Origin: a virus
Lineage: Duplodnaviria > Heunggongvirae > Uroviricota > Caudoviricetes
Length of the DNA stretch: 64,000 bases
IMG/VR virus record: IMGVR_UViG_3300002461_001191
Reading direction: 5' to 3' (one strand)
Position numbers and translations under genes: made by a program. Below the pieces are notes generated by a model. It was not told where the DNA came from. It saw only the letters and a list, made by a program, of their open reading frames with translations, and ran no database searches. Positions 56,723-64,000 of the stretch are shown in pieces; within the stretch, counting starts at the first letter, position 1; every line of letters starts with the position of its first letter.

Positions 56723-58104
56723 ATTATATAGAATATGTATTTGCTCAAATCATTGAATATAGCAAGACCAAACAAGCCACCCATAGCACCAAAACCAACA
56801 TATTGACCATACTTGAGTTGTTCATCTGTAAAGTCTTTTCTGCGAATTGCTTCTATGGCATATTGAGCCAAGTGACCACCATCAAAAAGTGGTATAGGTA
56901 CAAGGTTAAATATACCTACAGCAATGGAGATAGCTGCCATCATCATGAGGTATGCATATAAACCAATTTTTGCTGATCTGCCTGAGTAGTCTGCAATGGT
57001 CAGTGGTCCAGATATCGCTTTAGTAGATATTTCACCTGTGATAATCTTCTTCAAAGATATAATGGTGGTCATAGATGAGTCTACAACTTTTTGACCAGAT
57101 ATAGCAGCAGATTGGAAGATATTATAATGTTTTTCCTTGTATCCTTTATCTTCTGATACCAAGAATTCAACACCAATTTTACCGACTTGCTCACCTCTTT
57201 CTTTGACTGATACTGGATTGATAGATAACTCTTCAACCGTATTGGTTTCACGCTTTAAGTATGAAATGAGAACAGGCTTATCTGGACTGTTTCTGATAAT
57301 TCTCAAAACTCTATTCAAATCATCTGTTTTTTCATTATTGACAGATATGATTTTATCTCCTGGCATTAAGCCTGCTGTTTTTGCTGGCATATTGTCACTA
57401 AGTGCTCTAATTTCAATATCTCCAGATAAACCTTTGAAGTACATGCCAATGAGTTTAGCAAAGTTATCATCAAGAGGTCTGAGATCAAGTTCAGAGAACT
57501 TAACTGGTATTTCAACTTCCTTCCCATCACGAACCACTAAAATGGTTGTATCTTTATGTCCTATAGCAGCATTGACTATTTCTGTGTGAGCGTCACTGAC
57601 AAAATCAACGCTTTTATTGCCAACTTTTTTGATCTCATCACCTACCATAAAGCCACTTTGAGCAATAATTTTGTTGTCTTCAATTTCACCAATGACTGGT
57701 GTAATACCTCTGTTGCCATATATGGCTGTTGCAAATAAGAAAATAACAAAAGCCAAAACAAAGTTGGAGGCAGGACCTCCAGCAACCATCAGTGCTTTTT
57801 TCCACTTCTTTGCTCTTGCAAAACTTCTATTTTTTTCATCTTCAGACAAAGCAGCCCATTCCTCTGGTTTAAGTGCTTTTTCATCTAGTGGTTTTACATA
57901 GCCACCAAGAGGAAGTGCTCTTAAGGTAAACTTAATTTTATCTTTACCGATTTCTTTGTGAAAAATTTTAGGGCCAAAACCAAGGGAAAATTCTAAAACC
58001 CTCATTTTGCATGCCAATGCTGTAAAGAAGTGTCCTCCTTCATGTATAGTGATAACAACTCCTATGAGAAGCAAGAAAGCGAAAATTGTAAACAGTAAAT
58101 CCAT
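56719..58104 (-). CDS. rseP: RIP metalloprotease RseP (site-2 protease, M50 with PDZ)
   Basis: HEGGHFFTA (HExxH) in TM1; PDZ segments; C-terminal LDG region. Confidence 0.85.
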   Translation of the reverse strand: MDLLFTIFAFLLLIGVVITIHEGGHFFTALACKMRVLEFSLGFGPKIFHKEIGKDKIKFTLRALPLGGYVKPLDEKALKPEEWAALSEDEKNRSFARAKKWKKALMVAGGPASNFVLAFVIFLFATAIYGNRGITPVIGEIEDNKIIAQSGFMVGDEIKKVGNKSVDFVSDAHTEIVNAAIGHKDTTILVVRDGKEVEIPVKFSELDLRPLDDNFAKLIGMYFKGLSGDIEIRALSDNMPAKTAGLMPGDKIISVNNEKTDDLNRVLRIIRNSPDKPVLISYLKRETNTVEELSINPVSVKERGEQVGKIGVEFLVSEDKGYKEKHYNIFQSAAISGQKVVDSSMTTIISLKKIITGEISTKAISGPLTIADYSGRSAKIGLYAYLMMMAAISIAVGIFNLVPIPLFDGGHLAQYAIEAIRRKDFTDEQLKYGQYVGFGAMGGLFGLAIFNDLSKYIFYII

Positions 58105-58180
58105 ATTATCTCCAAATATTTTTATCAGTTATATGATAAATGATGTTTTTTGTCAAAACTTTTTCAAAAAATTTTAATGA

Positions 58181-59032
58181 TTAGGGCATTTGATTGCCAT
58201 TGATATCAAATCTTAACCAAGGATCAAAACCAGTATTTTCATTGGTATATCCTCTTGGATTGGCTATAATTCTTGTTTTGCCAATTTTATAGTTTTGATA
58301 TCTGTGAGAGTGTCCATGAACCCACACATTGATGTCTGGTCTTTGCTCTATAAAAGAGTCCATGTGTGATGCATATAGGGCGTTTTCATTTTCCATGCCC
58401 TCCTGTGAAAATTCAAAAGGAAGAGAGGAATGACTGGGGAGATGATGTGTGATAACCCAGATTTTTTGTTCTGGATAGTCTTTTTTCGCAAATTCATCTA
58501 TATATTTTTTAGTTTTCAAGTGTTCTTGAAGAATAGTTTTTGGTGCTATTTTGCTATGAAGGAATCCACTGGTTATGTAAGAGTAGTCTTTCATAAATCC
58601 AAGTTTTGCAACGGTCATACACTTATAGTCAGCATTGTTGTAATCTGTCCAAAGTGTACCCCCTACTAATTTAAGATCTCCGAACTTTATAGTTCTGTTT
58701 TGTAGTAAAAACACATTTTTCATGTCATAAGTCTTAATGGCTTTATTAAAGTCATCGTATTCTTTATGTATATTCCCACCCCAAAAGTCGTGATTGCCCA
58801 ATACAACAATAACTGCATAGAAATTTTTTGAGATTTCTTTGAGCCAATTCTTATTTTGATAATCGTAGTATTTCTTTGAGTGCCAAATGTCTCCTGCTAT
58901 GATGAGCAGTGTTTTTTTGTCTTCTTTGAGTGGCTCAGGCTTCCAAAGCATTTCAAAAAGGAAGTTTTTAGGATTTTGAGGCAAATCAAAATCCAAGTGT
59001 ACATCACTGACAACTCTTATATATTCAAACAT
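58181..59032 (-). CDS. calcineurin-like metallophosphoesterase
   Basis: IIAGDIWH, GNHDFWG, VHGHSHR motifs. Confidence 0.6.
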   Translation of the reverse strand: MFEYIRVVSDVHLDFDLPQNPKNFLFEMLWKPEPLKEDKKTLLIIAGDIWHSKKYYDYQNKNWLKEISKNFYAVIVVLGNHDFWGGNIHKEYDDFNKAIKTYDMKNVFLLQNRTIKFGDLKLVGGTLWTDYNNADYKCMTVAKLGFMKDYSYITSGFLHSKIAPKTILQEHLKTKKYIDEFAKKDYPEQKIWVITHHLPSHSSLPFEFSQEGMENENALYASHMDSFIEQRPDINVWVHGHSHRYQNYKIGKTRIIANPRGYTNENTGFDPWLRFDINGNQMP

Positions 59033-59099
59033 CTATTGAATTTAATTTAAATTATAAAAAAAGGCAAGTTTTACCTTGCCTTTTGGACTTTTACCTATT

Positions 59100-59681
59100 T
59101 TACTTTTTTGCTTCTGGATGAAGAACTCTGTCAATGAGTCCATAATCCATTGCTTCTTGAGCAGACATGAAGTAGTCTCTCTCAGTATCTGCAACAATTT
59201 TTTCTAATGGCTGCTTTGTGTTTTTAGACAAAATCTGGTTGAGGTTGTCTTTCATTCTCAAAATTTCTTTGGCTTGAATGGCAATGTCTGTAGCCTGTCC
59301 TTGTGCTCCACCCAGAGGCTGGTGAATCATGATTCTTGCATTGGGAAGCGCACTACGTGTTGAACCAGCAGATAAAAGGAATGCACCCATACTTGCTGCT
59401 TGACCAATACACATGGTGTTAACAGGTGCTTTAATGAAGTTCATAGTATCATAAATAGCCATACCTGCTGTGACAACCCCGCCAGGTGAATTGATATATA
59501 AGTCAATTGGTTTTTCAGAAGAGTCTGCTTCAAGAAATAGCAACTGTGATACAACCAAATTAGCCATGTGGTCTTCAACTTGTCCTACCAAAAAAACAAT
59601 CCTCTCTTTGAGCAATCTGCTGTAAATATCATATGCTCTCTCACCTCTGCCTGTTTGCTCAATAACCACTGGAACCATCAT
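59100..59681 (-). CDS. clpP: ATP-dependent Clp protease proteolytic subunit ClpP
   Basis: Collinear ClpP similarity incl. catalytic Ser (GQAASMGA) and His region. Confidence 0.92.
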   Translation of the reverse strand: MMVPVVIEQTGRGERAYDIYSRLLKERIVFLVGQVEDHMANLVVSQLLFLEADSSEKPIDLYINSPGGVVTAGMAIYDTMNFIKAPVNTMCIGQAASMGAFLLSAGSTRSALPNARIMIHQPLGGAQGQATDIAIQAKEILRMKDNLNQILSKNTKQPLEKIVADTERDYFMSAQEAMDYGLIDRVLHPEAKK

Positions 59682-59795
59682 GTAGTATCTCCTATAAAGA
59701 CTGGTAATATATAGCTTATTTTTAAATGCGTCAAATTTTAATTTTGATCGTTTTAGATCTTGAATTTTATAAAACCTGCGTTATGATAGGGTCTT

Positions 59796-60572
59796 TTGGT
59801 AAATATTATGATAATCAAATACATTAAAATAAGACTTCTTGAAATTTGGAAATTTAACAAAGTCATCCATGCAATGAATGACTTGTTTAGCGATTCTGTT
59901 AACTTCTGTGGTAAGAAAGATGAGGTTAATTTATCCAAAAGAATTAATTTAATGGAAGAAAAGGTTGATAATTTTAACTACTACTGTGAGTCAAACAATA
60001 TCTCAAGTTCAAAATTTTTCACCACAATACCTTATCTGTTGATGTGGTCTAATATATCCAAGTCCATATTGTTTATCAACAATAATCAGATGGAAAATGC
60101 TTTATTTTTTATAGGTAAAAATCTTGAGTCAAAAAATACAGGCGCATTCCCCTACATTGTTAGCTCTATATTTCATTTTGTATTAAATTTCAGAAATAAT
60201 GGGTATCAGAATCATGAAGACATCGTTAAATATACTGACAGATATAAGGAAATAACAGAAAAAATAAATTTAAGTGATATGAATCCCTTCCTAAAAAATA
60301 TTTGTAACGATTATCTAGACTATGAAATGTCTTATATATATGATTGTTTCAGATTTGAAAAAGAAAGAGATAGTTTATTGAATAAGATTGCTAATTTTGA
60401 ATTGGGTACACATATGAATGGTGAAACATTAACAATTAAAGATGCATTTTTGAAGAATATTTATAAAAATAATTATCTTGATTTTACAAAGTCAATCTTA
60501 CCAGAAAAAAGATGTATAAAGTTTAATGAGGATTCATTTAAGGTAGATAAAAACATAGAAAATCACAGATAA
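59796..60572 (+). CDS. hypothetical protein
   Basis: 258 aa ORF. Confidence 0.35.
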   Translation: MVNIMIIKYIKIRLLEIWKFNKVIHAMNDLFSDSVNFCGKKDEVNLSKRINLMEEKVDNFNYYCESNNISSSKFFTTIPYLLMWSNISKSILFINNNQMENALFFIGKNLESKNTGAFPYIVSSIFHFVLNFRNNGYQNHEDIVKYTDRYKEITEKINLSDMNPFLKNICNDYLDYEMSYIYDCFRFEKERDSLLNKIANFELGTHMNGETLTIKDAFLKNIYKNNYLDFTKSILPEKRCIKFNEDSFKVDKNIENHR

Positions 60573-60585
60573 AAAATATTGTTAT

Positions 60586-61338
60586 TTATTTTGCTATCTT
60601 TTTGTTTTGCTTTTCTCTGTCTTTTTCATAACTTTTTAGCCATATTTTTATTTGGTCGTAATCTTCACCAAACATTGGCTTACAATATTTGATGTGAAGT
60701 TTATCCCTTCCTATCCATTTTACCAAATATTCTTCCATTGTATTTGTTCTTGGATATGCAAAAAACTTAGGAAGCCAATCAGACCAGTCATCTTTTATAA
60801 GTTGTTTTTGTATTAAATCTCCAAGTCCACTCATAATGGATTGTTTCTTTAAAAACATCAATTGAAGTTTTGGTGTTCTCATTTGTGCCAAACATTCTAG
60901 GGCAAGTCTTGGTGATTTTCTAACAATATTTGACATTGTTTCGTGATACAACTCTACAAAACTATATATAAAATCATCCCTACTTTCTTTATCAGAATCC
61001 TTAAGTTCAATCATTTTTTCATTATAGTAAGAAAGTATTTCTTTTATAGCAACTTTTGAGAACGCATCTTCTCCATCTTTATATCTGTTGACTTCTTTCC
61101 TTACTGCATCATGGTATCTTTCCAATACATATGGTAGATAATGTTCAACTCTTTCAGATTTTTCTTCTTGAAGTCTTCTTGCAATTTCAGGAACAATAAA
61201 ATTAGTTAAAGGCTCAAGATAGTATGTGCACTCATGAGCAAAAACTGCACTTGGATCAGTTTTATAAGGAAAGTCTTTAAACTCTTCCTCGTAAGTAAAC
61301 ATTCTGTCTTGTAGTGATTTTATTATTCTTTTATCCAT
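60586..61338 (-). CDS. hypothetical protein
   Basis: 250 aa ORF. Confidence 0.4.
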   Translation of the reverse strand: MDKRIIKSLQDRMFTYEEEFKDFPYKTDPSAVFAHECTYYLEPLTNFIVPEIARRLQEEKSERVEHYLPYVLERYHDAVRKEVNRYKDGEDAFSKVAIKEILSYYNEKMIELKDSDKESRDDFIYSFVELYHETMSNIVRKSPRLALECLAQMRTPKLQLMFLKKQSIMSGLGDLIQKQLIKDDWSDWLPKFFAYPRTNTMEEYLVKWIGRDKLHIKYCKPMFGEDYDQIKIWLKSYEKDREKQNKKIAK

Positions 61339-61489
61339 AATTATAAAAATATTGTTTTAAAATCAAAAGTCAATTTTTTGAGAAATTTATCACATTTTTT
61401 TGTTATTTGTTTTTTTAATTTCAATTTACTTATTTATTTTGTTGATTTTACTTATCGTTAGCTTATAATAATTAATATAGGAAAAAATT

Positions 61490-64000
61490 ATGAGCCAAAA
61501 AATAACACAAAAAGATTTAGACAAAGTAACTCAAAACAATCTTGATGAATTCAAGAAATTAGTTAGAAGGGCTATTTTTATATCTTCTGAAGAAGAAGAG
61601 ACTTTTAAATTGATACCTGATTCTACTTGGAAAAAGATTTTTATTAAAAATTTTGATGGTAATTTTGAATTTTCAAGAAGAGTACTTTTAGGTAGTTTTA
61701 AAGAAATTGAGAAGATAGATAATAAAGTAACAGAGAAAGAAAAAAACAAAATATTCAATTTGAATAAGGCTGTTTCCTTTGTTACAGATAGTATAGAGAA
61801 GAAAATACCTATTGTATATATCACAGACTTTGATAATGATGGTTCTTTAGCACAATCTATCATCAATGAGTATTTAGAGATTGATAAGGAAGCTGCTAAA
61901 AACATGAGAGTTGAGTATGCACAAACTGTGAATGGTAATTCTTCTAGAGGTTTTACTGTTGATCATGTGGATTTAATTGTATCTGCTTCAGATAATATAA
62001 AAAATAATTCATCTGAATTTTTAATTATTACTGCTGATAATGGTATTAATTCAAAAGATGAACAGATGAAGATACTTAAAAAATATCCTAAAGCAAAAAT
62101 AGTTATTACAGATCACCATAATCCAGATCCAATAATGGTTGCTGAAGATAATGAAAGAACTGTAATTTTTAATCCTCATTATAAACCTACAGAATTCTTT
62201 AAAAAATTTAACATATCAGGCGCGAATACTGTTGGTGTTCTTTTGTTGAATGTTCTATCAAAGAGATTTACTGAAATAGAATTAATGACATATCAGAAGA
62301 GTTTTGAAAAAATAACAAACCTTTGCAAGATTTCAAATCTTTTGGATTATGTAGATACACATCCAGCAGATAAACCAGAAAAAGATTATATTATTACAAA
62401 GTTTTTGAGGCTACAGCCTTTAATGAATATTAATAACTCTATAAGTAAAATTATTACTGGAGAAATATCAGAAAGTGCTATTGCTGCATTAGATAAAAAG
62501 ATACCTAAATTGAATGTTTCTCTAATACATGAAGAGGCAAAAAATATACATGTGCAAAATCATGTGGCAAAAGTTTTGTTGCATTTATATAAAACATATA
62601 AAAATGATCCTGAAACAAATAAAATGGAATTCAACTCTGTATTCTTAAAAGAGCTTATATCAAAAACTCATTATGAAGATCATAGCAATATAAATCCTAA
62701 TTATATTGAACAATTAAGACCTTTAATTTTTGGACTAAATGCAGATAACGAAAAAAATAAGTTTATGGATTTACTTGCAAATAAGATGGAAGATATTTAT
62801 GAGAGTATAAAGTCCAGTGAAAAGAAAATGGCGCAAGAGCTTAGAAGAGGTGAAGTTATTACTAAACAAAAGCTTCCTAACAGTATTTTTGCGTATGCAG
62901 ATCCTAATATATTAACTGTATTTAATAGAAAATTTTTAAATAAAGTTTATAACGATGAAAACCCAGGATTCTCAGTTACATTGGACAGTATAGGTAAAGA
63001 AAAAGTATCTGGCTCTTTCAGATCTTTATACGATATAAGTGATATTTTGAAAAATAAGAAGAAACTAGAAAAGTCTTTAGGGATCACTATTGAGACTCCA
63101 GGTCATGAAAGAGCAGCAGGATTTATTATTAGAAGTAAAGATCCTAAGAAAAATCCGATTACAGAAGATATTATTGGTGCGATTAATGAGCACATCAATT
63201 TATCAATACAAAATATTAAAGAGCAAGAAATCAAAAATGATACAACTTATTTATTAAGTGATTTCAACAGTATAAAATTGATAGATAAGATAAACTTTAC
63301 AATAAGAGGTAACGTATCTAATTTTGAGAAGGTAAATACTTTAATCAAGTTAACAAAAGATACTGTATGGACTGATAGCTATACAACAGAGCAGTATACA
63401 ATGGAAGATATATCAAAGAAGAAAAGCTATGGTTATATCACTGTTAATATGGATTTCCACGGTGGAACAGTGATTGTGCCTGTAGAATTAGTGAAAAGAA
63501 TTGTAGATTCTGAGTATAAAGATTATTTGAGTTTAGGATATATGGACGGTGGTGTCTTCATGGTTGATAGAGTCATGAAAAATGAAGATGTTAAAAGTGT
63601 CATAGATTTAAGAAAAGACAATAAGAAAACTGAATCTTTGAGAAAAGCATTTGAATTGGATTTTAAAGATAAAAGCATGGTTTCACTCAATAGAAGTCAA
63701 ATTCAAGATAATCCATTTTTTAAATACAATGATTATGGTAAATTAAACTTTGACTTGTTTGAAAGAATGGTCATTGGAATAATAGACTCTAACAAAGTAG
63801 ATATATTGAGTGTTTTTGACGTTGAAGCAAATGGTTTTGCCAATGCAAAAATAATGAATATCGGTGCAACCAACTATTCTATTAACCCTAAAAGTGGTCA
63901 AAAGATGGATGCCGAATATTTCTTTGATAGATACTATATAACTCAAAGGGGTGAAGAGTATATCCTGACATCTGATCAGGTAAGTGGATTAAGACAAATC
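61490..64000 (+). CDS. RecJ-like DHH/DHHA1 phosphoesterase with large insertions/extension (5' part; continues beyond window)
   Basis: Own translation; no stop to window end (so absent from the ORF track); motifs ITDFDNDGSLAQSII (DxD), ITADNG, KIVITDHHNPDP (DHH), GHERAAGF (DHHA1 GGH-AAG); supersedes antisense ORF 61531-61905. Confidence 0.55.
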   Translation, partial: MSQKITQKDLDKVTQNNLDEFKKLVRRAIFISSEEEETFKLIPDSTWKKIFIKNFDGNFEFSRRVLLGSFKEIEKIDNKVTEKEKNKIFNLNKAVSFVTDSIEKKIPIVYITDFDNDGSLAQSIINEYLEIDKEAAKNMRVEYAQTVNGNSSRGFTVDHVDLIVSASDNIKNNSSEFLIITADNGINSKDEQMKILKKYPKAKIVITDHHNPDPIMVAEDNERTVIFNPHYKPTEFFKKFNISGANTVGVLLLNVLSKRFTEIELMTYQKSFEKITNLCKISNLLDYVDTHPADKPEKDYIITKFLRLQPLMNINNSISKIITGEISESAIAALDKKIPKLNVSLIHEEAKNIHVQNHVAKVLLHLYKTYKNDPETNKMEFNSVFLKELISKTHYEDHSNINPNYIEQLRPLIFGLNADNEKNKFMDLLANKMEDIYESIKSSEKKMAQELRRGEVITKQKLPNSIFAYADPNILTVFNRKFLNKVYNDENPGFSVTLDSIGKEKVSGSFRSLYDISDILKNKKKLEKSLGITIETPGHERAAGFIIRSKDPKKNPITEDIIGAINEHINLSIQNIKEQEIKNDTTYLLSDFNSIKLIDKINFTIRGNVSNFEKVNTLIKLTKDTVWTDSYTTEQYTMEDISKKKSYGYITVNMDFHGGTVIVPVELVKRIVDSEYKDYLSLGYMDGGVFMVDRVMKNEDVKSVIDLRKDNKKTESLRKAFELDFKDKSMVSLNRSQIQDNPFFKYNDYGKLNFDLFERMVIGIIDSNKVDILSVFDVEANGFANAKIMNIGATNYSINPKSGQKMDAEYFFDRYYITQRGEEYILTSDQVSGLRQI

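Noticed and set aside
61531-61905. Minus-strand ORF inside the recJ-like gene
   Set aside because: It lies antisense to a long plus-strand frame with DHH/DHHA1 motifs; low-complexity translation.

Overview
AT-rich (~30% GC) bacterial chromosomal segment with dense coding on both strands. Recognisable housekeeping genes are pncB, pncA, nadE, mnmG, clpX, clpP, smpB, rseP, an archaeal-type aspS, a minimal proS, alkB, a SprT-like protease, a Serratia-type nuclease and a partial recJ-like DHH exonuclease. They are interspersed with many N/K-rich orphan proteins and several eukaryote-like domain proteins (class-I cyclic-nucleotide PDEase, ankyrin-like repeats, a Pnc1-type nicotinamidase), which fits a host-associated or intracellular bacterium; I cannot name the taxon. 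Two regulatory signals stand out. First, short leader peptides rich in Phe/Gln codons, and separately in Asn/Asp codons, precede a shared family of intrinsic terminators that sit directly upstream of an array made only of tRNA-Gln(UUG) and tRNA-Phe(GAA) genes, and upstream of aspS. This looks like ribosome-mediated attenuation of a tRNA operon and of an aaRS gene. Second, an identical 25-27 bp palindromic operator is embedded in consensus sigma70 promoters of all three NAD genes (pncB, pncA, nadE). Defence-type genes present are a GmrSD-family (DUF262-DUF1524) type IV restriction enzyme, an Mrr_cat endonuclease, a RelE/ParE-like toxin with an upstream small ORF, and a beta-class DNA methyltransferase. 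No CRISPR array, rRNA gene, integrase or transposase was recognised.
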